From Octopus vulgaris (taxonomy: Eukaryota), in contig OX597821.1 in NCBI GenBank assembly GCA_951406725.2, positions 92,008,001 to 92,072,000 of the forward strand: a DNA stretch of 64,000 bases. The letters run 5' to 3'. A program made the translations under genes and the position numbers. Positions 25,587-38,234 of this stretch are shown here, piece after piece. The notes below the pieces were generated by a model. It was not told the DNA's origin, searched no databases, and was given only the letters and a program-made list of their open reading frames with translations. Position 1 is the first letter of the stretch. Each line of letters opens with the position of its first letter.

Positions 25587-25821
25587 CTTTATTTCACGTT
25601 GCTCCAGTTCACTCAGCTGTACAAATGAGTTGCATCGTCACAGATGCCTAGCTGTATCGGCCTTTGCCTTTCCCTTGGATAACACTGGTGGCTTTGAGAG
25701 GGGAGGCCGGTATGCATGGGCGACTGCTGGTCTTCCATAAAACAACCTTGCTCAGACTTGTGCCTGGGAGGGTAACTTTCTAGGTGCAATCCCATGGTCA
25801 GTCATGACCGAAGGGGGTCTC
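25487..25821 (+). mobile_element. CORE-like SINE family D, full length
   Basis: A box TGGCTCAGTGG, B box GTTCGAATCC, TTCTTGAGCAAGACACTT...CAGCTGTACAAATGAG, tail ending GACCGAAGGGGGTCT. Confidence 0.92.
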
Positions 25822-26103
25822 AGCATAATAAAACAAGCCAAGTATATGACTCTGCAAACTAATTAGTGATTGGAAGGTCAACCAGTTGTATAAATCAAGC
25901 CAAAGATGAAATGTATGGCCATGATGTTGTCATGTGACTCATCTACATGTGTAGTAAATTTAATAACTGACTCAAAGCACAACAACCCATCAAACTCGTG
26001 ACAGCAGAATGAGGATGATGATGATGGTGGGGTAGTGGATGGGGGATGATAATAGTGGTGTTGGTGGTGATCTATGTAATTATAGTAGTGCTTGTAGTCA
26101 TAT

Positions 26104-26386
26104 TAGCAGCAGCAGTAGTAGTAGTAGTCGTAGTAGTAATAGTAGTAGTAGTAGTAGTAGTAGACACAGTAGCAGTTGTAGTAGTAGTAGTAATAGTAGT
26201 AGTCATAGTAGCAGCAGCAGCAGTAGAAGTAGCAGCAACAGCAGCAGCAGTAGAAGTAGTAGAAGCAGCAGCAGCAGTAGAAGTAGCAGCAACAGCAGCA
26301 GCAGTAGAAGTAGTAGAAGCAGCAGCAGCAGTAGAAGTAGCAGCAGCAGCAGCAGCAGTAGAAGTAGTAGAAGCAGCAGCAGAAGT

Positions 26387-26418
<32 letters not shown>

Positions 26419-26550
26419 TAGTAGTAGACATAGTAGAAGCAGCAGCAGTAGAAGTAGCAGCTGTAGAAATAGCAGCAGTAGAAGTAGCAGCAGTAGAAGT
26501 AGCAGCAGTAGAAGTGGCAGCAGCAGCAGCAGCAGCAGCAGTAGTACTAT

Positions 26551-26602
<52 letters not shown>
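26104..26602. repeat. Compound (AGC/AGT/AGA)n trinucleotide array
   Basis: Directly visible; explains the poly-S, poly-A/V and poly-T ORFs. Confidence 0.95.
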
Positions 26603-26603
<1 letters not shown>

Positions 26604-26801
26604 AAGTGATCAGAAAGAAAAAGTAGTGATGGCCAGAGTTGGCAAGACTGATCCCCCGAGAAGTTTATAGAAGAGTGCAATTAAGTTCATTTGTTGCATG
26701 GAGTGAAACAATATAGCATTTCTGATACTTGTTCTTCTTCAGTAAGAGAGAGACGACTATAAAAGAGCTGAAACTGGTTGGTAATATAATGCTTAGTTCA
26801 T

Positions 26802-26972
26802 AAGGTGGTGAGCCGGCAGAATTGTTAGCATGCCGGGCACGGGGTAAAAGGCTTTGCAGCATTTCATTTTTGTCTTCATGTTCTGAGTTCAAATTCTGCC
26901 AAGGTCAGCTCAGCCTTTCACCCTTTCAGGGTCGATAAAATAAATACCATTTGAATACTGGGGTCTATGTAA
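26802..26972 (+). mobile_element. SINE family C, 3'-truncated
   Basis: Homology to other C copies. Confidence 0.8.
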
Positions 26973-27215
26973 ATAGCCTCGTCATCAACAGTGTTATCAA
27001 TAATTGATCTCTGACTCAGTCGTTAGCACACACATTGTGAACCAGGGATCAGCTGATTAAACTGATCCCAGTGTTTGACCCATACTTACTTTTCCAAGTC
27101 TGTGGGAACAGATGAAGGCAAAATATATCTCACCAGCACTGAAACAAATCAAATAGCCACAACTATATGTGTGTGTGTGTGTGTCTGTGTGTATATGTAT
27201 ATATATATATAACTT

Positions 27216-27243
<28 letters not shown>

Positions 27244-27246
<3 letters not shown>

Positions 27247-27608
27247 CATACATACATACATACATACATACATACATACATACATACATACATACATACA
27301 TACATACATACATACATACATACATACATACATACATACATACATACATACATACATACATACATACATACATACATACATACATACATACATACATACA
27401 TACATACATACATACATACATACATACATACATACATACATACATACATACATACATACATACATACATACATACATACATACATACATACATACATACA
27501 TACATACATACATACATACATACATACATACATACATACATACATACATACATACATACATACATACATACATACATACATACATACATACATACATACA
27601 TACATACA

Positions 27609-27636
<28 letters not shown>
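27244..27636. repeat. Perfect (ATAC)n array, about 390 bp
   Basis: Directly visible. Confidence 0.98.
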
Positions 27637-27639
<3 letters not shown>

Positions 27640-27908
27640 CTTCAGCATTTGGTGCGAATTGTTGGCTTCTGTTTGTTGGCCAGCAAAGCACTGTATCTTG
27701 CACTGTTGACCATACACCCCTATTCCAGAGAAATCAGATCAATGCTCTTTGTTCTTCTTTGTGAAGAAAGAAAAATGGTGTGATCAGGCTCAAATTTCAA
27801 TTATGTGACCGCAATAGTACCAATTATAAGCACGCATGCACAGAAGACAGTGTACCATTAATAAAGATGTTATGGTGAAAGAGCAGATAATGTTTGACCT
27901 CCCCTCAT
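27640..27908 (-). mobile_element. Internally deleted mariner remnant
   Basis: Terminus TA-TGAGGGGAGGTCAAA; manual translation KEEQRALI*FLW (mariner N-terminus) joined to GCMVNSARYSALLANKQKPTIRTK (catalytic-region motif). Confidence 0.7.
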
Positions 27909-27927
27909 ATATATATATATATATTTT

Positions 27928-28211
27928 TCACCCTTTTCAAGCCTGGCTAGTCTCATGGGCCTGGTTTCCCGGTTTCTGTGGCATATGTGTTCCCCCCAGC
28001 TGGACGGGACACCAGTCCATCGCAGCATTACTCAAGAAACAGGAAAAGAGAATGAGAGAATACAACAGGGGTCGCCACCCCACCCCTGCCAAAGCCTCGT
28101 GGAGCTTTTAGATGTTTTCGCTCAATAAACACACATAACGCCCGGTCAGGGAAGTGAAACTGTGATCCTCCAACCGCGAGTCTGCTGCCCTAACCACTGG
28201 GCCATTGTGCC

Positions 28212-28216
<5 letters not shown>
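27928..28216 (-). mobile_element. SINE with F-type head and A-type tail
   Basis: 5' part matches 63195-63377; 3' part matches the family A tail. Confidence 0.85.
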
Positions 28217-28261
<45 letters not shown>

Positions 28262-29268
28262 GCTTGTGTGTGTACACACACACACACCTTTATGTACTTA
28301 AAAACAATTTGTTCACTGTTCCATCAGTTCTGCTAATCTTCATCTTTGTTAACACATATCTCTGAAAAGATGAGAGACATACACAATATCCATTTTGGTG
28401 GCATCAATGTTCTAAGCGAAAATGTTATTTTAACACATTGGGTTACAAAAATCAAACTGTCTTATACTTTATTGCCGAGTCTTTCATTGTCTTTCATAGC
28501 CTCTTCCTCTAATGGAATTTAACTACACAGACATTATCCTGTCCTATTCAAATTAATAATGTTCATTGTCATTTCTGTTCCACCAAGTTTATTGATAAAA
28601 TAACTACCAGTAATATACAAGGGTTTATTTAAATTTTTCTAGTACGAATATCACCAGCAGATATAAAATCCATTGTTATATAGAACAATGTCATTGATAA
28701 ATCAAGACAAAATTATGGTTTCTACTTCCTGTTGGAACAATTTCAGTTAAATTATTAATATCCTTGGGAAAGGAATCAGCGTCACAATTTCCTATTTCCT
28801 CACTTTTCTATGGATCTATAACTCATATTTTATTTTAATGCCCATGTCTGCATGCCTGAGTTGTTTTTGTGGTGGACAGTATTTAATAGTTATTGATTTT
28901 TAGCACATGATTTTTCTGTGTTCATTTATAAGCATCTGCTAGAGAAAGCGTATGTATGTATGTATGTATGTATGTATGTATGTATGTATGTATGCATGAA
29001 TGCGTGCATATGTGTGTATGCATATGTGTATATGTGTGTCTGTGTCTGTGTTTGTGTCCATAGATCAGATCTTTTTGTCAATATGTCTTGTCATTAAATT
29101 TGTTTATCTGTTTGTCATTTTAACTGTCTATTAAATGACAATCAAATAACATGTGTTAGTGTGTGTATTTGTTTATGTTTTCCAATTTTGTGCTCATGTA
29201 TGTGTATGTGCGCGTGTATATTATAAAGGTATGCATGTGTATATGTGTGCCTGTCTTTGTTGTGTGCG

Positions 29269-29326
<58 letters not shown>

Positions 29327-29790
29327 TAGATATATAAATAGTTATGTAGATATATTTATATGAATTAAGTGCTCACATACTTCAGGTAGTATGGCCAATA
29401 AATTTAATTAATGAAAGCCATACCCATATCATAAGGTAATGCTGAACAATGCTATACTAAACCAAGGAAAGACATAGAAGACAACTCGTAATAAAAAAAA
29501 TGTACCTGAATACAAACTGATTAAAAATACACCAGACTACATCTTAATTAAATGAAACTTGGTTACACAGTGACTGGTAAGGCAATCTGCGAACAAATTT
29601 AAGATAATTTGATCTTTAACAGACACAGTGACAGTTTCAGATATGTTTCAGTCTTATTATAACTCTTCTATGAATCATTGACAAACACATGCTTGCTACC
29701 TCAATAGAGACGGTGATTTATTTATGTATATATATATCATCCTGATAATCATCATTTAGAATCCGTTTTTCAATGCTGCTATGGATTAAG

Positions 29791-30065
29791 TTCCCAAACG
29801 TTTTGGGGCTGCTGCCCCCTTGACACCCAGACCACATTCCTAGCACTCCCACCCTGACTAACCACCACAAGCATAGACCTCTTTCTGAAGCAAATTCAAA
29901 GAAACTGTATTTCACAAATAAAACTTAACTTAATGAACTCATTATTTTGTTGTTTTTACTTGAATCATCACCCCATTGTCGCCCCACTTTTCTTCAGAAC
30001 CCCCCTTAGAACTTTCCACTGTTCTCGGGGGCAGGGGGCAATACTGCCCACTTTGGGAACCACTG
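29791..30065. mobile_element. hAT/Charlie-like MITE
   Basis: Right TIR TTTGGGAACCACTG, partial left TIR TTCCCAAA; 8-bp GATTARGT on both sides. Confidence 0.65.
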
Positions 30066-30124
30066 GATTAGGTAGTTCAATTGGAACTGGTAAGCCAGAG
30101 AGCTGTACTAGGACCTAGCCTGGT

Positions 30125-30295
30125 TTGGCTTGGCTTCTACAGCTGGATGCCCTTCTTAAAGCCAACCACTCCAAGAGTGTAGTGAGTTCCCTTTATATGT
30201 CACCAGCACAGGTACCTATTACGTGTCACTGTCACTGGCCACGACTACGATTTCATTTGGATTGATGGGTCTCCTCAAGCACAGTTGTCAAAGGT
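30125..30295 (-). mobile_element. Family E segment joined to RTE 3' sequence
   Basis: CTACAGCTGGATGCCCTTCTTAA..CCAACCACTCC followed by ACGACTACGATTTCATTTGG...CTCAAGCACAG. Confidence 0.65.
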
Positions 30296-30319
30296 TTCAT
30301 ATACAAATAAATGAATGTG

Positions 30320-30409
30320 TACCTGTGGGGTTAAAAAGTTTGCTTCTGGTACATGTGGTTTTAGAGCCAGTTCCAGAGTGTGGCACCTTGGGAAAGCATC
30401 TTCTCCTCT

Positions 30410-30447
<38 letters not shown>

Positions 30448-30620
30448 TTGTTTTGGCATCATGTGACAGTTATTAAAACCAGTTCACCATCTTATATACA
30501 ATGTTGGTCATTTCAAAACTGACGCAAAGGGTATCTGGCCTTAGAAAATCTGCGTCAACGAATTCTATTTGACGTGTTCAAGTGTGGAAAAGGAAACGTT
30601 AAAGCTATGATAAAATGATG
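30320..30620 (+). mobile_element. Old B-head/E-tail SINE
   Basis: GTGGCACCTTGGGAAAG head; AAGGGTATCTGGCC and AAACGTTAAAGCTATGAT tail. Confidence 0.55.
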
Positions 30621-30938
30621 TTGAAGAATATAGATATACACTGCTGTGAAAAAATAGTATTAACTATAAATAAAAATAACCTAAGGATATCACCCACAGT
30701 ATAAATGTGAATTATATAGAAACAAATTTAATGTAGAAGAACATATCTTTAATTAATCGACAATATGTCTCTACAGGGAAATAGTAAATATTGTTGGAAA
30801 ATGCTAGCATAACCTTGCAATGTTAATTTCATACATACATAAATATATACATACACATGCAAACACATACGTAAAAGATATATATATACACATGCACATA
30901 AAGGATATTTACACACACACATACACACACACACATAT

Positions 30939-31047
30939 ATGACACTGGCATCAGCCAAAACTACAATTTCATTTGGCTTGATTGGTTTCCTCAAGCATGG
31001 CATATCACCAAAGGTCTCAATCACTTGTCATTGCCTCACGGAGGCAA
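30939..31047 (-). mobile_element. RTE LINE 3' fragment
   Basis: Matches 37350-37440. Confidence 0.7.
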
Positions 31048-31305
31048 TGATAAGATTGAGGGGGGAAAAATTCGTCAAATATGGAGAAAATATAACTGAC
31101 ATTCTTCTAAGAAATTTTGTGAGATTGCGGTTAAAAAACTGGTAGAATCAATAAAGTGATAGTAAAACTGCTTTATGACTGTCTTTGCTGGGAGCTCGAA
31201 CCTATTAGAGATCTGCTTTATCCTTTATCATTCCAGTATCAATTAAGTACTTCTTATGAAAACAGGCAAAACCAGTCAAGTGATGGATAAAATGCCTTTT
31301 AATAT

Positions 31306-31480
31306 TTAGTTAGTTAGTTAGTTAGTTAGTAATTTTTTGGCTCAAAAAGCAAAAAGCAAGGCCATGTAGGGGGACATGGAGTTATGTACAGGGTGGTGTT
31401 CATGTAAAGAGTTCAGGCCACTTGTGGTCAAGGGAGACTTTGAACCGAGCGGTCGTCGGCATCTTCACCATCTCGTCCGC
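31306..31480 (-). mobile_element. 5'-truncated CR1-group LINE 3' end with (TAAC)n tail
   Basis: Encodes ADEMVKMPTTARFKVSLDHKWPELFT*, matching the CR1 ORF2 C-terminal FK..LD..W pattern; short UTR then TAAC repeats. Confidence 0.7.
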
Positions 31481-31496
31481 ATTAGTAAAAAAATAA

Positions 31497-31700
31497 TAAG
31501 CTGACAGAATCATTAGCATGCCAAGTAAAATGTTTAGCAATATTTTGTCCATCTTTACATATTGAGTCCAAATTCTGCTGATTTCAACATTGCCTTTCAT
31601 CCTTTCAGTGTCAAAAAACTAAATACCAGTTGAGCACTGGGGTCGATGTAATCTCCTCCCACAAACTTGCTGGCCTTGTGCCAAAATTTGAAACCAATAT
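31497..31700 (+). mobile_element. SINE family C
   Basis: Homology to other C copies. Confidence 0.82.
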
Positions 31701-31920
31701 TTAGTTACCATTCTAAGTTTAGTTCCCTCGAAGCAGAATCATCTTAGTAGAATTATTATTCCCTGGGAAAATCAGTGCACAAGCTCCCATAGTATTTGAT
31801 TACAAAGTAAGTTCACAGTTATCGATTCATTACAGGGAAAGTTCACCGCTGTCAATTCACTGTGAAGAAAGTTCACTGCGAGGAAAGTTCACCACTAGGA
31901 AAGTTTACCGAGAAAACATA

Positions 31921-32343
31921 TACTCTTTTACTCTCTTTTACTCTTTTACTTGTTTCAGTCATTTGACTGCGGCCATGCTGGAGCACCGCCTTTAGTCAAG
32001 CAAATCGACCCCGGGACTTATTCTTTGTAAGCCCAGTACTTATTCTATCAGTCTCTTTTGCCAAACCGCTAAGTGACGGGGACGTAAACACACCAGCATC
32101 GGTTGTCAAGCAATGCTAGGGGGACAAACACAGACACACAAACACACATACATACACATATATATATATATACATATATACGACAGGCTTCTTTCAGTTT
32201 CCGTCTACCAAATCCACTCACAAGGCATTGGTCGGCCCGGGGCTATAGCAAAAGACACTTGCCCAAGATGCCACACAGTGGGACTGAACCCGGAACCATG
32301 TGGTTTGTTAGCAAGCTACTTACCACTCAGCCACTCCTGCACC
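31921..32343 (-). mobile_element. SINE family B, young full-length copy
   Basis: CpGs retained; highly similar to the 5912 and 33881 copies. Confidence 0.92.
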
Positions 32344-32990
32344 TATAGCCGGATTATCTCACCATTAATGGTAAAAAACTACTTTATTGAGAAAGACAGT
32401 GAATGGATGACTGAGAACTTACAAGATATGATTGTATTTATTTGTTGGCAGCAAGCCACTGTACATAATTGTAGATCGTAACTGGGTTCCTAGATTCATG
32501 AGAGACCCTAGACAATTGCTTAGTGTGCCCAGGCCTTAAGATAGCACTGCCTCAAATTATCTTTGACTTGCATTTGGTGTCTATAGAATAACAGTCAAGA
32601 ACTGGAACCAATATTCATAATACCCTTCTGCAAAATTTGTATCTTTTTATCATCATCATTTTAATAGCTACTTTTTTCCATGCTTCCTTGAGGTATTTGA
32701 AATTCATTGAAGCAAATTTTTCTATGGGCAGTTACAATCTCTGTCCCCATTCTCGTCTATGTCCAAATAAAGCAATATTTCTCTGAGACTTGTTTTCACA
32801 AAGAATTGCAAACAAACGACATTAATTGTATAATGGTGATGTTTGTTTATAATGTTTACAATTAGAAAGCAATTTCAAAAATAAAAAATAACACAGATAC
32901 TCATACTCACACAAATATATGCATACACACTTATGCCTCTCTCTCTTTCTCACTTTCTCTCCCCTACAAATATATATATATATGTGTGTC

Positions 32991-33050
<60 letters not shown>

Positions 33051-33053
<3 letters not shown>

Positions 33054-33878
33054 GGTGTGGTGAATAAATTGTCGTGTAAATTATGCAAAAATGAAAATGA
33101 TACTAACAACTCATTTTAACAAATATATTTCCCAAAAATTATATAAAAATATCTTGAAATACTAAAAAGTAAATTTATTCAATAAAATCGTCATTAGCTC
33201 CAACCACAGCCTCCAGACGACTTTGGAATCTCCTGCACCTCTTGTGGATGATCTCCTTGTTTAAGTTTGTGAATGATGCCATAATCCTTGCCTTCAGTTC
33301 AACTATTCATCTACAAAGATGCAGACGTCTCTGCCACAATGTTTCATGTGACCAAGAAGTTTGAGACTTCCTTCAGATCGAATGGCTTTGGGGTGGGTTG
33401 TTAAGATTTTACGGTGTCTCCTCACATACAATTTCATATGAAAGCCTTGTCTCACAACCTTAGAAATGGTCATTTTACTGATTCCTTGGTCTTGAGCCAA
33501 CTTTGCCACCGATTTTGATGGGTTTGACTCAATCGATCTTTTAAGTCCTGTTAAGAAATGCAATGTGTGTTTTCAGTCACTACGAGGACTGTGAAACTTT
33601 CTTTGAACATCCTCACTTTTCTTCAAATTGGCTTCAACTCTAAAAACAGTAGATTTGGCATACTCTGTGACTCTAATAATCTGCCCAGCACTTTTGCCAA
33701 TGCAGAATAATTGGGCGATTACACATCTACAGTTTAATATTTTATTAACGTTACAAAATAATCACTTCTACAAGTAATCATTCAAGCTGGTAATATTTAA
33801 AATTTAGACTTAAACAAAATCTATACGATTAGAAATCTATCCATTTGAATTTTATCTCAATTTACCTGTTACACCCGG
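33051..33878 (-). mobile_element. Internally deleted maT/DD37D-like (Tc1/mariner superfamily) transposon
   Basis: Imperfect TIRs CAGGGTGT....TAAATT / CCGGGTGT....TAAATT; HTH-region ORF ending IFVDE (first catalytic D), fused to C-terminus ELKARIMASFTNLNKEIIHKRCRRFQSRLEAVVGANDDFIE*. Confidence 0.85.
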
Positions 33879-33880
33879 TA

Positions 33881-34273
33881 TATTCTTTTACTCTTTTACT
33901 TGTTTCAGTCATTTGACTGCGGCCATGCTGGAGCACCGCCTTTAATCGAGCAACTCGACCCCGGGACTTATTCTTTTTGTAAACCCAGTACTTATTCTAT
34001 CGATCTCTTTTGCCGAACCGCTAGGTAACGGGGACATAAACACACCAGCATCGGTTGTCAAGCAATGCTAGGGGGACAAACACACACACGCATATATATA
34101 TACATATATACGACAGGCTTCTTTCAGTTTCCGTCTACCAAATCCACTCACAAGGCTTTGGTCGGCCCGAGGCTATAGTAGAAGACACTTGCCCAGGGTG
34201 CCATGCAGTGGGACTGAACCCGGAACCATGTGGTTGGTAAACAAGCTACTTACCACACAGCCACTCCTGCGCC
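33881..34273 (-). mobile_element. SINE family B
   Basis: Homology to other B copies. Confidence 0.92.
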
Positions 34274-34286
34274 TATATATATATAA

Positions 34287-34457
34287 AGCACCCACTACAC
34301 TCTCGGAGTGGTTGGCGTTAGGAAGGGCATCCAACTGTAGAAACTCTGCCAGATCAAGATTGGAGCCTGGTGAAGCCATCTGGCTCGCCAGCCCTCAGTC
34401 AAAATCGTCCAACCCATGCTAGCATGGAAAGCGGACGTTAAACGATGATGATGATGA
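34287..34457 (+). mobile_element. SINE-like family E 3' part
   Basis: GGTTGGCGTTAGGAAGGGCATCC...GCATGGAAAGCGGACGTTAAAC(GAT)n. Confidence 0.85.
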
Positions 34458-34827
34458 TATATATCTTAGCACGTTAAATAGTCGTAAAGATATTTTCTCT
34501 AAATGTGTCCATTTCAAGTGCTACCAACTGGAAAATTGAATCTCCCTGTTTGTTGGTTAGGCTAGTAAGAGTCTGTGAAGGTTATTTATCCTCTGGTCCA
34601 GGGGAGATAACCTGTCCTCATTAATGTTTTCATAATTATCGTTTAAATGTTGTTATCCTAGCATTTCCTCACATCTGCAAGGCAGAAAAGCTAAATTTTG
34701 TTATTGTCTAGAGTCTGATGAGCTGTCCACAAGGCTGTGACTTTCATGGACATGAAACCATTGGTAATTCTATGACCTGAATTTAGCCTTTTGTTAATAT
34801 ATATATGTGTGTGTGTGCATGTGTGTG

Positions 34828-34980
34828 ATGGTGTTCCTTCAGCTTCCATCTGCAAAATTCACTCACAAAGCTTTCAGCAATCCTGAGCTATAGCAGAAGA
34901 AAACACGAGACAAGATGCTTTGCAGTGGGACTGAAATCAACGTTATGTGGTAGCAAATTGAACTTTTTAACTATGCAGTG
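34828..34980 (-). mobile_element. Diverged SINE B head
   Basis: TGCAGTGGGACTGAA and ACTCACAAAGCTTT motifs. Confidence 0.6.
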
Positions 34981-35585
34981 GCCCCTTCAAGAGAGATGAG
35001 AGATGGTTTTGTTATCTTCTTCCATAAGGGAGGGGCAATTCAGAGCTTCTTAAGGAAGCTAGAGTGCCAGAGGGAGGAGACCAAGCCCTGGACTGAAGAC
35101 CTGGATTGGCCTCCACAGGTGACTATGGAGGTCATAACGGACGTTGATATGTTCAGGGTGATGGACTCCTTTCCGAAGGACCAATTTATGTTCATCTTCT
35201 GGGGCACCGACCTGGAGCTGGAGCATTGCCAGCAGGAAGCATATGGCCTGGTCAGGGAGGAAGGATAAAGAGGCTTTAGTGCCTAAATGTTTATTGTTTG
35301 AAAGAGGCTCAGCGCCTCAATTTGCTATGGACTCTTAAGCTCAGTAATTGTAGAGTGGAGGAACAATGTTTTAGAAAAGCAGAAGATTTGCGGGCGTCTT
35401 TTGTCTTCCCCCATTTATACCATCCTTTTCATCACTCATTTCATTAGTGTTTCTATGTCCAGCCCGCAAGCTACTCCCTCTGTATACGACCTTCATGGCC
35501 AATGAAATGAAATATACTATGCAGCTATACATACACCTATGCAAGAAATAGTACTTATTACTATTGATATCAAAGACAGTTCAAA

Positions 35586-35780
35586 AGCAGTAAGCTGGCA
35601 GAGTTGTAAACATGCTGGTCAAAGTGCTTAGTGACATTTCATCTGTTTTTATGTTCTGAGATCAATTTCTGATGAGGTCAACTTTCAGGTTGATAAAATT
35701 AATAACAATTGATCACAGGTATCAATGTAATCAACTTACACCACCCCCGAAATTGCTGGCCTTGGGCCAAAATTCGAGAC
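35586..35780 (+). mobile_element. SINE family C
   Basis: Homology to other C copies. Confidence 0.78.
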
Positions 35781-35834
35781 CTAGATGAAGGACAGTCTGG
35801 TGGAAAAACTGCTGATGTATATTACTAAATACCT

Positions 35835-36130
35835 CATATAAGCTATTGGGAAAGACTCAAGAGATTAAGACTCTATTCCTTAGAGCGTAGGCGAGAAAGA
35901 TATGCCATAATATACATCTGGAACCTGTCAGGTGTCCCAGATGAACCAACTTCACGGCAGGAGGTGCAGATGAGGGCAGCTGCATCGAACTCTCTCATAC
36001 ACCAAATGTCAATTGCTAAAAAGCATTCGTGAAGTAAAAATCATGTAGCAACACCGAGTGGTGGTGCCCCAGCATGGCCACAGCTCATGAGCTGAAACTA
36101 GATAAAATAAAAATAAAAATAAAATAAAAT
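35835..36130 (+). mobile_element. CR1-group LINE 3' end, internally deleted
   Basis: HISYWERLKRLRLYSLERRRERYAIIYIW then PDEP...RAAASNSL; 3' UTR CCAGCATGGCCACAGCTCATGAGCTGAAAC plus (TAAAA)n-like tail. Confidence 0.85.
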
Positions 36131-36519
36131 ATTGTAAATTCTTGTTCTAATCCCACCACACCCAGCTTTGCCATTTCTTTTATCTGAGTTCATAAGATAG
36201 GTACCAGTAATGCACACCGGGTCATTTTAACCGATTATGTAACTCGTGCCATTATGAGAAATCATTTTTAATATTAGTCTGGTGCTGTCATTGATATTTA
36301 TTTCGGTTTTTTTTTATTGAATCAGTTTTATTTTGACAGAGACTAAAAAATATAACAAAAAAAAGCCAAAGAAGTTTCAAAAATATGTGTGTCATGTTTA
36401 CAGATTTTCTTTTGATTCTATCAATATTTTTTATCACCAAAAAATGATTGTTGTTCATAGGAATTGTTTGTTTTTCCCAGAGTTGCACTTGTATGTGTGT
36501 ACTTGTATGTTTGTGTCTG

Positions 36520-36556
36520 CTTGTGTGGATATATGTATATACATATGTGTGTATAT

Positions 36557-36596
<40 letters not shown>

Positions 36597-36680
36597 CATA
36601 TATGTCTGTGTGTATATATATATTCGTATGTGTGTATATGTGTATGTAAATATATATATGTAGAAATATATTTTTATCTA

Positions 36681-36775
<95 letters not shown>

Positions 36776-36878
36776 TATATATATATACATATATATATAT
36801 ATATCTGTATGTGTATATATGTATATATGTATATATATGTGTGTGTATATATATATGTGTGTGTGTGTATATATATAT

Positions 36879-36971
<93 letters not shown>

Positions 36972-36972
36972 G
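36520..36972. repeat. (TA)n/(TG)n/(CTAT)n block
   Basis: Directly visible. Confidence 0.95.
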
Positions 36973-37345
36973 TCTATTCAAATGAATCAATTCAAATCAA
37001 CAAGTAAAATTAACAGACAGCAAGAGGATGTGCACAAGAAATGTATTAGCTTGAGGCTTGGTAAAAAGAGGGACTTTGACGTTTTGAGCCTAGCTCTTTA
37101 TCGGAAAAGAGGAAAGGAAGATTCCAAAGAAGGGAGGGAAATAACCAACAGCATGTGTGTAATTACACACGTGGTGTTAGTGATTTCTTTTCCTTTTTTA
37201 CACTTTTCCCATACTACTTTCCAATGAAGAGCTATGCTCAAAACGTCAAACTCTCTCTTTTGTCAAGTCATAGACCTTCCTTGTTTGCCTGCTTGGCCTT
37301 TCTTCTTGTCTGTCTTCTTACATGCCACCAACATGTGTGTCTGTT
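36973..37345. mobile_element. Inverted pair of Penelope-like tails, each with a degenerate hammerhead motif
   Basis: Motifs at 37074-37108 (-) and 37218-37250 (+); symmetry centre GTGTGTAATTACACAC near 37163. Confidence 0.65.
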
Positions 37346-37349
37346 TCAT

Positions 37350-37766
37350 GACACTAGCATTGGCCACAGTTGGCTAGATGATTCTTCTTATGCATGTCAT
37401 ATCACCAAAGGTCTCAGTCACTAGTCATTGCCTCCATGAGGTTCAACATTCGATTATCAATCTTCACCACTATGTCCCATGTCTTCCTGGGTCTGCTTCA
37501 TCTACAAGTTCCCTCCACAGTTAGATATCATCACTTCTGTACACAGCTTTCCTCATCCATATGCATCCAGCAGCACAGTCATCTCTCTTGCACACCACTT
37601 CTGATGCCTCTTATGACCAACTTTACTCCCAGGATGCCTACACTCTGTCATACATCCACAATCACATTGCACATCCAGAAAAGCATACTAGCTTCATTTC
37701 TTTCAAGCCTACACATGTCCTTAGAGGTCACAGCACATGTTTCACTGCTGTGTAGCATGGCTGTTT
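37350..37766 (-). mobile_element. RTE-clade LINE ORF2 C-terminal fragment (decayed)
   Basis: Manual translation AMLHSSETCAV...LERNEASMLFWMC...VQER*L...VEGTCR*SRPRKTW matches the RTE motifs YGSETW, RLRW and RGRPRKTW. Confidence 0.88.
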
Positions 37767-38033
37767 GCCAGCTGTTCCCTTCAATTATTTGTTTTGTGGA
37801 TTAAAAAGTGAACAGAATAGAATTAAGACAGTAAAACAACAACTTGTTTATTCTGATCTAGTTTTAATTCACAGACTTTCTAAGACTCTTATAATCTTGT
37901 GTGACTGGCAGAAATAGAGTTCAGTTTGAACATCTGTAAATTGTCATCTGTAAAAATAAATATTAATGAAAAAGAAAATTCAAAGAAGTAAGGATTAAGG
38001 TATGGTGATTGGTGGTGGAGGTGCATGGCTTAG

Positions 38034-38192
38034 TGGATAGGGTTTTGAACTCATGATTATAAGATTGTGGTTTCAATTCCTAGACCAGGTAATGTGTTGT
38101 GTTCTTCAGCAAAACATTTCATTTCATGTTGCTCAATTCTACTCAGCTGGCAAAAATGAGCATTCCTGTGACAGAATAGCATCTCATCCAGA
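38034..38192 (+). mobile_element. CORE-like SINE family A, truncated and diverged
   Basis: GTGGAGGTGCATGGCTTAGTGG head and CORE-like segment. Confidence 0.8.
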
Positions 38193-38201
38193 AGATAATA
38201 C

Positions 38202-38233
<32 letters not shown>

Positions 38234-38234
38234 C

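Noticed and set aside
26039-26680. Ser-, Ala/Val- and Thr/Ala-rich ORFs resembling mucin or antifreeze proteins
   Set aside because: Entirely a trinucleotide array, open in several frames, with no unique coding flank or splice evidence
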